Virus record (IMG/VR): IMGVR_UViG_3300037461_001312
Span: 8,037 to 72,036 of that record
Strand: one strand, 5' to 3'
DNA length: 64,000 nt
Origin: a virus
Made by a program: the position numbers and the translations under genes. The notes beneath the pieces were generated by a model. The model did no database searches. It had not been told where the DNA came from and was given only the letters and a program-made list of their open reading frames with translations. Each line of letters begins with the position of its first letter. Within the stretch, counting starts at the first letter, position 1. Positions 53,576 through 62,678 of this stretch are shown here, piece by piece.

Positions 53576-54892
53576 TTACCCGGTTATGCCCGTGCTCACC
53601 TCATCAGATCCCCCGGGCCTGCGCCTGTCTTCGCTCCGCGAAGCGGAGATCTTGTGGCAATGCGCCATAATATGGTCCCTCGCCCCGGACGGGCCGACGG
53701 ACTCCCTCTCCACCAGCGAGATATCCACTGAGTCGAAATACGGCGCCACTGCCGTTCGCAACGTATCCATGTTGTACTTCCTGACGTGCTCGTACCACAT
53801 CGTGTCTTCCTTTGGCACGATGATGAAAGCCTGGTCCGTGGCGGAATCGCTGACCAGCTTTACTACCCTGTCCACATACGGATCGGTGATGTGCTCCAAG
53901 ACATGCGACAGGATGACCGTGTGGGCCCGCCGGCCGTTGACCTCGTAGGTCCTGAGATCCGCCACTTCGCCCGGGATCCCCTTGGCCTTCAGCGTGTCTA
54001 TGGACACGAAGGAGAAGTCCAGACCGTACACGTCGCAGGCCTTCTCCTCTTTCAGTATCCTCAGCAGCCCTCCGTCGCCGCAGCCGATGTCCAGCACCGT
54101 CGCCTTCTCCGGGATGAGGGGCATCAGCGCCTTGGAGATAGCCCGCATTCCTCTTTCCGTCCTTTCCACCAGTCCTCCCATCCACTTCTCGTTCCACCAC
54201 GTCGGCTCCAGGGAGTATGACCGGACCGTGCGCAGGAGCTCCATGTCCATGTTCTGGCGATGGTATGTCTCCACCCATGCCCGGTTGATGATAGACCGTC
54301 CGATATGCGATACATCCAGGCTCGTATCCGCAAATATCTTATACTCTGCCTTTCGCACCGCCTCACAAAAGATGATATCGTGTCCTTTATGCCTCTTGCC
54401 GTGTTCCCTGTCCCACACGTCCCAGAACGGGGGGTAGTAGACCTTGTTGAACACGTCCATGTCCACTAGGAGGCAGCCGATGCCGCACCAGTGGATCTCG
54501 ACCAGGGAGTCCCGGGGCAGGGGGCAGTACTCCTCCTTCCAGTGCTGGCCTCTTCCGTTGATCGCCACGCCCTTCTCGTCTGTCCAGCCCATGACCGGGG
54601 AGTACGGAGTGGCCTTCAAGTGATACAGGCCGGTCACGATAGGCAGCCTGTGAGACAGGAGCCGGTACAGCGTCCAGGGCGGAAAGTTCATGTCCACGTC
54701 CATGAAGAATATGTGACTGCACCCCGAGTTTGAGGCCATGGTGACATGTTCGTTCAGTGACGCGGACTTGATATGCTCACCCTGGAGAGATATTACCGTG
54801 CCCGGCGGCTTGTACATAGTGACCAAGTGCATCATGAAATCCCGATCGACCTTGTCGTGGTTCGCTGTGATGGCCAGGCAGACTTTCTGCAT
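53576..54892 (-). CDS. GT2-like glycosyltransferase fused to a class I SAM-dependent methyltransferase
   Basis: IFFMDVDM, GIGCLLVD, DIIFC in the N-half; VLDIGCGDG and SHVLEH in the C-half. Confidence 0.85.
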   Translation of the reverse strand: MQKVCLAITANHDKVDRDFMMHLVTMYKPPGTVISLQGEHIKSASLNEHVTMASNSGCSHIFFMDVDMNFPPWTLYRLLSHRLPIVTGLYHLKATPYSPVMGWTDEKGVAINGRGQHWKEEYCPLPRDSLVEIHWCGIGCLLVDMDVFNKVYYPPFWDVWDREHGKRHKGHDIIFCEAVRKAEYKIFADTSLDVSHIGRSIINRAWVETYHRQNMDMELLRTVRSYSLEPTWWNEKWMGGLVERTERGMRAISKALMPLIPEKATVLDIGCGDGGLLRILKEEKACDVYGLDFSFVSIDTLKAKGIPGEVADLRTYEVNGRRAHTVILSHVLEHITDPYVDRVVKLVSDSATDQAFIIVPKEDTMWYEHVRKYNMDTLRTAVAPYFDSVDISLVERESVGPSGARDHIMAHCHKISASRSEDRRRPGGSDEVSTGITG

Positions 54893-55002
54893 AACACCTC
54901 ATGATTAGGAAGCCGGGACGGAGGCTGGCGTAGGGCCCCCGCCCCGGGTTGGGGGTGGAGAGCCGCGGGCAGCGTGCCCGGGCTCAGGGGGAAAAGCCTG
55001 TA

Positions 55003-55539
55003 CTAAATCGCGCTATAGGACTCCGGCACATTCTCGAACACGTTCTTCTTCAGCAGAACGAGATATCTCGCGTGCGCCAGAGTGTTGTCATTGTCCACCG
55101 CGTTGTAATACCCGATGATCTGCAGCGGGTCCGCGGTGCCTGTCGTCATGGAGCTGTAGTCCAGCTCCTGCTTGGACACCTTGGTCGTGGTGTTGCCCGC
55201 GGTGAGTATCAGCACCGCGGTCTCCCCGATGTGGGCCCGCGCGGCGGCGGCACTGCCCGGGTCTGTCGTCCCGTCCGACTGGATCTCGAACACCGTCCCC
55301 GGGTCGTTGTACACCCAAACCTCGCCGGAGACCCCGGTGTAGTTTGCGGCAACGCCGAGAATGCTGGCGGCGCCGCCTGTGGTCACGATCGTGCGGACCA
55401 GGCCCGTCGCCTTGATCTGCACCACGTCGCCCTGGTATATCGCCGTGGAGGCATTGACCGTGTACTTGTCCATGGGGATTTTACCCCCGTTCATCATACG
55501 AACGGCCCTCAAGCCGTGAGGGGCATCTGTGTTAGCCAT
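55003..55539 (-). CDS. Capsid decoration/cement-like protein
   Basis: MANTDAPHGLRAV...IYQGDVV...VYNDP..VFEIQ; next structural gene after the capsid. Confidence 0.7.
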   Translation of the reverse strand: MANTDAPHGLRAVRMMNGGKIPMDKYTVNASTAIYQGDVVQIKATGLVRTIVTTGGAASILGVAANYTGVSGEVWVYNDPGTVFEIQSDGTTDPGSAAAARAHIGETAVLILTAGNTTTKVSKQELDYSSMTTGTADPLQIIGYYNAVDNDNTLAHARYLVLLKKNVFENVPESYSAI

Positions 55540-55592
55540 GATATATTCTCCTTATATCCGTCCCGCCACGGGTCACTCTGCGGGTACGCGTG

Positions 55593-56123
55593 TTAACTAT
55601 TGCTCCTGGCCTCTTTGATGGAGGTCAGGCGGTTTCGTACGTCGTCCTTGCTAACTGAGCCAAGGCCTCTCATATTCAAGGTCCGAAGTTTCCACAAGAT
55701 ATCTATGAATTCCTCGAACAGGTGAGAGTTCTTAGGTCCACTGGGCGCTAAGTCCAGGTACTTCAGAACCAGCTCGGCCTGAGCTTTTTTAGAGGCTAGA
55801 ACATCCAGTATCTGCGGGAGCACATGCCTGCACTGATTAGCGCCTAACGATACCTTCGCCACCAGTTTGTTATTCTTCACCTTCTTACTGGGCAAATGCT
55901 CCGTGATCAGTCCGTTTCCCATCACCTCTCGGGCCCTGATAAGAAGTGACAGATCCGAGTTGTAGATACACACGTTCGGCCCCAACCGGAATCCCATGAC
56001 ATTCTCGTCACGCTTCCAGATACTGAGGCTGATCGTGCCCTCACCGTCGAACAGACCGGCGATGTATCCGCGTTCCAGGTCTGTCATAATCTTATCAGTT
56101 ATCAGGTTCTGAAGTATTAACAT
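55593..56123 (-). CDS. LAGLIDADG homing endonuclease (single motif)
   Basis: YIAGLFDGEGTI motif, SKKAQAEL; AT-rich. Confidence 0.9.
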   Translation of the reverse strand: MLILQNLITDKIMTDLERGYIAGLFDGEGTISLSIWKRDENVMGFRLGPNVCIYNSDLSLLIRAREVMGNGLITEHLPSKKVKNNKLVAKVSLGANQCRHVLPQILDVLASKKAQAELVLKYLDLAPSGPKNSHLFEEFIDILWKLRTLNMRGLGSVSKDDVRNRLTSIKEARSNS

Positions 56124-56186
56124 TTTACTTTAACTATCTCAGATAACTTACTTTAAAGGTACAGTGCAAGTACCTGATTTTATTGG

Positions 56187-57131
56187 TTAAGCGCCCATTG
56201 AGCCATAGCAGAATCTCCAGTCCGTGTACCCGCAACTAAATCTCAGGACCACCGAGTACATGAACTCTTTTGTAAAAAAGTCATTGTCTGACTCCGTCTC
56301 CGGCTTCATCCTCCAGTACCACTTCAGGGGATAGTCCTTGCCCCACGGTTTCTTGTCGCCCAGGAGGAACCAGCAGTCGGAGTCGACATAGCCGATCCAG
56401 TAGGGCCAGACAATGTAGGACAGGTTCGGTCCCTTGCGCTTCTGCAGCGCGTTGATCGCGTTCTCCGCGCTCTCGGGGTACTTGTCGGACAGGAGCAGCT
56501 CGATGACCTTCTGCTCTGTCTGATGGGGAATGAGAATGGTCGACGGCGCGTTGCGCACCGGCTTGCTCTGGTCGTCCAGCATCTGGTAGAACGCGTTGAT
56601 GCCTGCCCAGAGCGACGTCGCGGTGAGGTCGCATGCGGTCGATGGGGTGTTGCTGCTGGTGCCTCCGCCCTTGAGCGGATGGCTGGCGCTGATGAGGGCG
56701 ACACCGTCGCCTCCGGTGACGAAATCTTCCGACGTGCTTGACGCGCGGGAGAACGTCCTCGACGCGTAGTAGTTCAGTGTCGCGTCGATGCTTCTTGCCA
56801 TGGCCTGGGGCAGCTTCTCCGTGATGCCATGCAGCTCGTCCTGCTGGGCTTCCATGGAGATCGCCGTGTAGAGGCCAAAGGTCTTGTGGGTGTATGTGGT
56901 CTTGTAGCCTTCTGACCAGTCACGAGCCGCGAGCGACACGTTCTCGTCCTTCTCCGCCAGCAAGGGGAAGCCTCCGACGGTGAGGCCGTATTCCAGCTTC
57001 TTGTCTGAGGTCGTGACGGAGTAGATGCTGTTGAGCAGCTCCTCGTACTTGAACGTGCCGAGTGTCTCGAACAGCACGTGGTCCAAGTCTACGGCTAATA
57101 GTTCCGGTATGTTTGCTCGAATAACCGACAT
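56187..57131 (-). CDS. Major capsid protein (HK97 fold, Mu gpT-like family)
   Basis: YTHKTFGL..ISMEA, DGVALISASHP, P..ILIP, RFSCGYTDWR..YGS.G C-terminus. Confidence 0.9.
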   Translation of the reverse strand: MSVIRANIPELLAVDLDHVLFETLGTFKYEELLNSIYSVTTSDKKLEYGLTVGGFPLLAEKDENVSLAARDWSEGYKTTYTHKTFGLYTAISMEAQQDELHGITEKLPQAMARSIDATLNYYASRTFSRASSTSEDFVTGGDGVALISASHPLKGGGTSSNTPSTACDLTATSLWAGINAFYQMLDDQSKPVRNAPSTILIPHQTEQKVIELLLSDKYPESAENAINALQKRKGPNLSYIVWPYWIGYVDSDCWFLLGDKKPWGKDYPLKWYWRMKPETESDNDFFTKEFMYSVVLRFSCGYTDWRFCYGSMGA

Positions 57132-57174
57132 GATTGCCTCCAGTTATGGATCACGGAGGCGGCAGGAAGGGGAA

Positions 57175-57594
57175 TTAGAACTTGATCTCCTCATCCTTCA
57201 GCCTCGCATGAGCTTTGCCGAGACCGCTGCGTTCCATTATCGCCGCGACCTCGTCGTAACGGTCCTTGACATCACGCTCATGCTGCTTCAGGCGGGCGTC
57301 TTTCATATTGTCCAGCTTTTCCCAGTTCTCTCGGGAAGTTTCCATCAGGATGTGTCCTGGCAGGTTCACGGGCTTGGAGTCGGCGGAGTCCTTTATGGCA
57401 ATGGGGCTGTACGGCCCCACTTCCTTTCCCTCGCATACCCGGTAGCCCATCATCTGGAGCTCACGGATGCGGATCGGGTTGTCCTCCGCGTGGAAGTAGA
57501 CCTTGCTCGGGTCCGCGTTGTTGACGTAGAACATGTCCTTCCGCGTCTCTATCTCCCTCGCCTCTACGGCCGGCTTGCTCTCCTTCTTGCTCAT
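57175..57594 (-). CDS. Hypothetical head-region protein
   Basis: Between scaffold and capsid, ATGA-coupled. Confidence 0.7.
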   Translation of the reverse strand: MSKKESKPAVEAREIETRKDMFYVNNADPSKVYFHAEDNPIRIRELQMMGYRVCEGKEVGPYSPIAIKDSADSKPVNLPGHILMETSRENWEKLDNMKDARLKQHERDVKDRYDEVAAIMERSGLGKAHARLKDEEIKF

Positions 57595-58505
57595 ACGACC
57601 TGTCCTCTCCTTCTCCTGATATCGACTATCCTCTGTGCCTGTGCCTTAATCTGCTCGTCCGTGTAGCCTCTCGCCTTGAAATAGGCGACAGAGTCCTTGT
57701 CCAGCTCGGGTAGGTCCCCTGCTGGCGGGGCGGACGGGCCCCGGGTGCCCTCTCCGGACACTCCGGAGGATCTCCCCATGCTCATGATCAGGTCCATGGC
57801 GGCCTTGACGGCTTCCTGCGACGGGGCGGGCTGGCCTGACGGCTGCGGCTGCTGGGCAGTGGGTGCCTGCTGAGGCGCGGATCTCTGTCCACCGCCTGCT
57901 CCCACCCTCTTCGACTTCGCTATCATCGCCTTCATCGCGTACGGGTTGGACGCCAGCATCTGGACCTCTCGGTCCGATACCTCGTGGATGGGCAGATCGC
58001 CGTAGTCCGGCACGAACTGCCTCGCCTGTCCTTCCATCGTGTCGCGATAGTTCATCCCTGTCTGCATTGCCCACATGATCGCCTGCCACGGCTTCTCGTT
58101 GAGCATATCCCTGAACTGATCCTCGAACTGGTTCGGGTCCATGGGGGGAGGCCCCTGGGCCACAGGCTGGGCTTGCTGGCCGCCCGCTTGCTGCGGCACG
58201 AGCTTCTCCCAGTTGAACAGTGGCTGTCCCGGCTCGGGCTCCGGCTCGGCGGGTGGAGGCGTAGTCTGCGGTGGCGGTGTTGCTGATGCCACCCTCTTCT
58301 TCCACTTCTCCCTCTCCCCGAGAAGAGCTTCCAGCGGGACCATCTTCTTGCCATCCTGCTCTACGACCTGGTCATCCTCGAATCGCAGATCGTCTTCTGG
58401 CGGCGACCCAGCGGTGGCGGCGGGATCAGTCCCATCGCCTGCGCCCGTTCCCGCAGGCGGCACCCCTGCAGGACTTTTTGTGCCCGGTGATGCAGGTTGA
58501 GGCAT
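57591..58505 (-). CDS. Putative capsid scaffolding protein
   Basis: P/Q/A-rich and low-complexity, VPLEALLGERE helix; upstream of the capsid gene. Confidence 0.65.
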   Translation of the reverse strand: MPQPASPGTKSPAGVPPAGTGAGDGTDPAATAGSPPEDDLRFEDDQVVEQDGKKMVPLEALLGEREKWKKRVASATPPPQTTPPPAEPEPEPGQPLFNWEKLVPQQAGGQQAQPVAQGPPPMDPNQFEDQFRDMLNEKPWQAIMWAMQTGMNYRDTMEGQARQFVPDYGDLPIHEVSDREVQMLASNPYAMKAMIAKSKRVGAGGGQRSAPQQAPTAQQPQPSGQPAPSQEAVKAAMDLIMSMGRSSGVSGEGTRGPSAPPAGDLPELDKDSVAYFKARGYTDEQIKAQAQRIVDIRRRRGQVV

Positions 58506-58538
58506 ACAGAACTCCTTTGTATAGTAGTGTTGGGGATC

Positions 58539-58567
58539 ACGGTATCACAATCTAGAGGGTATGTCAA
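58539..58567 (-). promoter_or_regulatory. sigma70-type promoter (extended -10) for the scaffold-capsid genes
   Basis: Minus strand TTGACA (58567-58562) - 17 nt - TACCGT (58544-58539), preceded by TGA. Confidence 0.55.
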
Positions 58568-58578
58568 TGAAGAAATAA

Positions 58579-58974
58579 CTAGTCGCCCGAGATCTGTCTC
58601 CAAGTGTTCACTTTCTTGAGGTGTTTTGGCAGGTCCTTCCACTCGGCTCCGGCTGCTATCGCTGCTGCAAGCGCCTCAGCCACGTCGGATTCCCCCCACA
58701 TCTTGGCGATAAACTCCGGATTCTCTTTCATCATGTCGTACTCGTCGCTCTGATCCGTCAGCTCCCAGCGTCCGCCCTGCTTGTCCTCCTCGAGCCGGTG
58801 GAAATACAATCCTCCGTCCTCCGTCTCGAACGCGTACATCGGGCTGCGCCCAGCGCCGATGCCTTGGTCGTACTGCGGCGGCACGTTCCAGTTGAACTTG
58901 CCCTTGCGCCCAGCCACGGTCATAGGATCGCTGTAACCACCCTTAGCTGCCGGTATTGCTATCAGGCCTCCCAT
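58579..58974 (-). CDS. Hypothetical protein (start MGGLIA at 58974)
   Basis: GAGGAAGAGGC ATG; GC3 bias. Confidence 0.65.
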   Translation of the reverse strand: MGGLIAIPAAKGGYSDPMTVAGRKGKFNWNVPPQYDQGIGAGRSPMYAFETEDGGLYFHRLEEDKQGGRWELTDQSDEYDMMKENPEFIAKMWGESDVAEALAAAIAAGAEWKDLPKHLKKVNTWRQISGD

Positions 58975-59302
58975 GCCTCTTCCTCTCCTCCTCGTCCGCC
59001 TTATCCGCCTTGTCCACCATCGCCCTGACTTTGTCGGACAGCCAGCGGAGCCCGCGCACTTCGCCCACGTTGACCCAGAAATCCTCGGGAGCATACCGCT
59101 CCCCGCTCGGCGTGCGGCCCTCACCGGAATCCATCAGCACCCTGGACTCATACGCCCGCTGCATGTCTGTCAGCATCTTGTAGACCGCCTTGGTGTCTTC
59201 GTTCTTGGCTATCGTGTCGCGTATGTGTCGCGCTATCTCCAGCTCCCCCGCCGTGGTGCGGACATAGGTGTCCTTCATCCCCTGGTCGAATATGCTCGGC
59301 AT
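58943..59302 (-). CDS. Hypothetical protein downstream of the portal
   Basis: GAGGAG RBS; helical 119 aa. Confidence 0.7.
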   Translation of the reverse strand: MPSIFDQGMKDTYVRTTAGELEIARHIRDTIAKNEDTKAVYKMLTDMQRAYESRVLMDSGEGRTPSGERYAPEDFWVNVGEVRGLRWLSDKVRAMVDKADKADEEERKRHGRPDSNTGS

Positions 59303-59303
59303 A

Positions 59304-61355
59304 CTATCTCCTCATCATCTGCGGCCCGGGCCGGGGTCCCTGCGCCTGTCCCCCCGAGCCCTGCGCCCGCATCTGTCCCGGCGGCGGTCCCATCGGCGGC
59401 GGCGGTCCTCCCTGGGGCTTTCTCCCCGCTGCTGCCTGCGGCGGCCCGCCTCCCTGGGTCTTGGCCATCTCCTGCTGCGCCTGGCTCAATGCCTGTGCAT
59501 TCTGGAGCAACGCCTGCACCGCCTGCTGCAGCCTCGGATCGCCCATAGCCGACGCTTGGAGCAGGTCCAGCGGTATCATCTGCTGGGCCGGCTGGACGAA
59601 GCTCTCGACTCTGTTGAAATTGTACAGCTCGTTGATTTCCTTGACTATCTCGGGGAAATTAAACTGCCACTGGCCGTTGGTGGTCTGCATGATCGTGCCC
59701 AGCTCGCGCATGATCTTGGGGAACACCTCCTGCTTGGCGTACTTGGAGTACTCCGGCTCGATGCCGGTCGCGGCGAACACGAACTCGAGGTCGTCGAGCA
59801 GGTCCTTGGCCGAGATGGCGATCTGGGAGTCCGGCGTGTTGAATATCTCGCCGCCGATGACGGAGGGCATATTACGCATCAATATCATGGTCTTGAGCGC
59901 CAGGGGGCGGAGAGTCAGGTGGTCAGCCATGTGGATGAAAGTGGAGAACCGCCTGGCCGACTCCGCCATCAGCATCTGGGTCTCCTGCCCCGTCTGGCGC
60001 TTGGTGGTCGGGATCCCCTGCATCATGGTGCTGGCGCCTGCTGTCCGGTCTATCTCGCGGTCGATGAGGCCGTGGACCGCCATGAACGCCTGGAGGTTCA
60101 CTTCTGGGAACGCGACCGGCTTCACGTCGTCGTGGTTGCGCATCACCCAGTGGGCATACGGGGCGAATTCCAGGTCGCGTGGTGTGAGACCGGATCGCTC
60201 CAGAACTGACAGGATGGTCATTACACTGCGTTTATGCTCATCCAGGTACAGGTCATGGTGCTCCTTCATCTCAGTTATGAGTGATTCGACCGGTTCTATC
60301 GCCCCGCTGCCGTAGAAAACCCCTGGGTTGGCGGAGTAGATGCTGGCCACGTAGGGCTTCAAATACTTTCGCTTCTGCTCCACCTGATCGTTGTAGTAGA
60401 ACTCCGACGGTTCGCACCGGATGATCGTTTCTATCTCGTCCCCGTTCATGACGCATGTGGCGACGTATTCCTCGTACTTGCCGGGCGCATAGGTCTTCCT
60501 GTCCACGTCGTAGACCCCGAACGTCGTCTCTATCTCGCCCCAGTACTCGCACAGGTCCAGGTTGGGGATGTCCACCTGCATCTCCGTGGCCGCGTCGATG
60601 TCGGCTACGGTAGTCCCCTCTCCCTCGGACTTCTGCACGTGGTTCTCCCAGACTTCCTTCAGGTTGAAATACATCCCCTGGTTCTGCAGCTGCTGGATGG
60701 TCACGCCCTCGAGAGTGTCCGTCATCTGCCCCGTCTCCGGGTCCATGACCGGCACGTCTATCTCCACGTCGGCCAAGCGCACAGTCGTGGCGCGCTCGAG
60801 CTCGCCGAACTCCCGCTGGAACCTGTTGAAGCAGAACGCCATGGAGTCGATGTCGCCGGGCTTCTTGGCTCGGGGATCCGGGATGAAATCGTCCACTTTG
60901 AGGAAATCGGCCGTCGCGCTGCCATTGGACATATACATCTTGAGCAGGCTGGTGCCGACTATGGGCGCGTCGGTGAAGAGCTCGACCGCCCGCATGTAGA
61001 AGTTCATCCGGCGGAGGAGGAACCAAGCGAACCAGCGGCCGAGGCGGATCAGCTGCGCGTCCGGCAGCTGCGGGTGCTTGATCGTGATGAAGTCCGCCAT
61101 GCCGAACACCGCGCCCAGGATCTGCGGGGTGACGGTCTGGATGATGTAGTAGGGCTTAGGGATGACCAGGTTCGCCTCCCAGCTGTGGTCCCGGTTGCGT
61201 ATCTCGTTGTGATACATGTCCCGGTACTTGTCCCAGTCGGGCTGCTTCGAGTCGACCCATTTTTTGCCCTCATCGTACCGTTTCTGCAGCAGTTTCTTGG
61301 TCTTTTCCAGGAAGTCCTTGCTTGGCGGTTTTGGCCTTATGACGTCGTTTGGCAT
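59304..61355 (-). CDS. Portal protein (P22/T7-like podovirus type)
   Basis: W.KYR..YH, GTSLLK, DFIPDP, FYGSG.I, TG-QE, Q/P-rich C-terminal tail. Confidence 0.9.
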   Translation of the reverse strand: MPNDVIRPKPPSKDFLEKTKKLLQKRYDEGKKWVDSKQPDWDKYRDMYHNEIRNRDHSWEANLVIPKPYYIIQTVTPQILGAVFGMADFITIKHPQLPDAQLIRLGRWFAWFLLRRMNFYMRAVELFTDAPIVGTSLLKMYMSNGSATADFLKVDDFIPDPRAKKPGDIDSMAFCFNRFQREFGELERATTVRLADVEIDVPVMDPETGQMTDTLEGVTIQQLQNQGMYFNLKEVWENHVQKSEGEGTTVADIDAATEMQVDIPNLDLCEYWGEIETTFGVYDVDRKTYAPGKYEEYVATCVMNGDEIETIIRCEPSEFYYNDQVEQKRKYLKPYVASIYSANPGVFYGSGAIEPVESLITEMKEHHDLYLDEHKRSVMTILSVLERSGLTPRDLEFAPYAHWVMRNHDDVKPVAFPEVNLQAFMAVHGLIDREIDRTAGASTMMQGIPTTKRQTGQETQMLMAESARRFSTFIHMADHLTLRPLALKTMILMRNMPSVIGGEIFNTPDSQIAISAKDLLDDLEFVFAATGIEPEYSKYAKQEVFPKIMRELGTIMQTTNGQWQFNFPEIVKEINELYNFNRVESFVQPAQQMIPLDLLQASAMGDPRLQQAVQALLQNAQALSQAQQEMAKTQGGGPPQAAAGRKPQGGPPPPMGPPPGQMRAQGSGGQAQGPRPGPQMMRR

Positions 61356-61695
61356 CTGTCAGCACACTCCTGATTATGACGTGTACGTCCTCTTCCTTCA
61401 TCACCACGTAGGTGATCCCGTCCACCCGGATATTGCTGCCCGCGTACTGGGAGAAGACCACGTAGTCTTCGGGGGACGTGAACCTCGCGTCGGGCCCGCA
61501 GGCGACCACGGTGCCGCTGAGCACCGGCTGGTCGGCGCGCACTGTCGGTGGGATCCAGATGACCCCGTGCTTCTCCGGCGCCTCGTCCTTGCGGATCATC
61601 ACCTTGTTGAACAGCGGGCATATGACCCGGCCTTCCGGCATCAGGTCCTGGGTGTATTCCACTACTTCCGCGTCTCTAATCGTCTCTTCGTCCAT
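61270..61695 (-). CDS. groES: GroES-like co-chaperonin
   Basis: PLFNKVMIR, GTVVACGP, VVFSQYAG, DGITYVVMKEEDV. Confidence 0.85.
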   Translation of the reverse strand: MDEETIRDAEVVEYTQDLMPEGRVICPLFNKVMIRKDEAPEKHGVIWIPPTVRADQPVLSGTVVACGPDARFTSPEDYVVFSQYAGSNIRVDGITYVVMKEEDVHVIIRSVLTDAKRRHKAKTAKQGLPGKDQETAAETVR

Positions 61696-62570
61696 AAGTA
61701 TACCTCCTTCAGGTTGGCTTTGTCAATTTGTATTCTGTCCACTCCGGGGCGGTCGGGACCGCGCCAGGTGGTAGGAGTGGTAGTATATACCCCAAGGACT
61801 GGTAGGTCCGGGCGGGCGACGACGGCCATGTGCAGGACTACGGAGTCCACGGCGATGACCGCGTCGACCTGCTGCAGCAGCCTGTAGGTCTGGTGGTATG
61901 TTCCCTTGCCGGTTATGAGCAGCAGGTTCGCGTCGGGCAGGGAGTCGTTCAGATAGGGCCACAGAGACGGGAGACTGCGGTCCTCGGTGGACGCCCTGAG
62001 GTGGACGGCGATGGCCGGATGGCTCACCGGGCGAGCCCCGTATGCCGGGCACCAGTCTATGTGCACCCACTTCTCCTGAGGCCGGATTCCCAGCATCAGG
62101 CCCATCCAGTCGTAGTGGTCCCAGCCGGAGTCCCTCGCCTCGCGCTGGATGAACTGCATGGCGATCGGGGCGTTGGTGACATAGGAGTGCTTATGTCTGA
62201 GTTGACCTAACCAGATCTCGGTGGGCCCCGAGCGGGTCACGGGCATGGTCTGTATGCCCTTGCCGAGTATCCTTTCCCTGTCCGCGTAGCAGGTCACGAA
62301 GTCGATGTCGCCTATGTCACGCAGGAACTGGGACAGGATCATCAGGTCCCCCGCGCCCTGGAGACTGAGCACCGCGTGGTCCGAGTCTCTAGAGGGGATA
62401 TTGAAGCTGTTGAACCCGCACCAGACCCGGTTATGCGGCAGATGAGGCACCCCCTGGTGCCAGTGGTCTAGTGTGGTGATGTCCTTTAGGTAGAACTCCG
62501 CCCCCGGGCCGGCGTAGTCGGCCGCGCGGGGGAGCTCGGACAGGGTCGTTTGGATGATGGTTCTAGTCAT
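61662..62570 (-). CDS. GT9-like (GT-B) glycosyltransferase
   Basis: AVHLRAS..DRS, VDAVIAVDSVVLHMA, TWRGP; start MTRTII at 62570. Confidence 0.75.
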   Translation of the reverse strand: MTRTIIQTTLSELPRAADYAGPGAEFYLKDITTLDHWHQGVPHLPHNRVWCGFNSFNIPSRDSDHAVLSLQGAGDLMILSQFLRDIGDIDFVTCYADRERILGKGIQTMPVTRSGPTEIWLGQLRHKHSYVTNAPIAMQFIQREARDSGWDHYDWMGLMLGIRPQEKWVHIDWCPAYGARPVSHPAIAVHLRASTEDRSLPSLWPYLNDSLPDANLLLITGKGTYHQTYRLLQQVDAVIAVDSVVLHMAVVARPDLPVLGVYTTTPTTWRGPDRPGVDRIQIDKANLKEVYLWTKRRLETRK

Positions 62571-62674
62571 TTCCTCTTGCTCGTCTGCCCACCGTAGGGC
62601 CAGGCCCCATGGACCAGGTACCAGATGATGTCTATTACCAGGCATGCGCCCAGCCATAGTAGTATGTACTCCAT
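62567..62674 (-). CDS. 35-aa hydrophobic peptide, not in the track
   Basis: MEYILLWLGACLVIDIIWYLVHGAWPYGGQTSKRK; GGAGG RBS; stop overlaps the GT9 ATG. Confidence 0.55.
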   Translation of the reverse strand: MEYILLWLGACLVIDIIWYLVHGAWPYGGQTSKRK

Positions 62675-62678
62675 ACTC

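Noticed and set aside
54893-55002. Intrinsic terminator or tRNA in the GC-rich spacer after the decoration gene
   Set aside because: GC hairpins are possible, but there is no U-tract on the minus strand and no cloverleaf
55593-57131. Group I intron or intein in the capsid gene
   Set aside because: Capsid ORF ends with a family-typical C-terminus and stop before the endonuclease; no P7-like core seen in the short flanks
10268-62570. DNA hypermodification pathway (UDG + glycosyltransferases + aminopropyltransferase)
   Set aside because: No thymidylate-synthase-like hydroxymethylase, nucleotide kinase or similar gene in the window, and the enzymes sit in structural modules; not excluded without the rest of the genome
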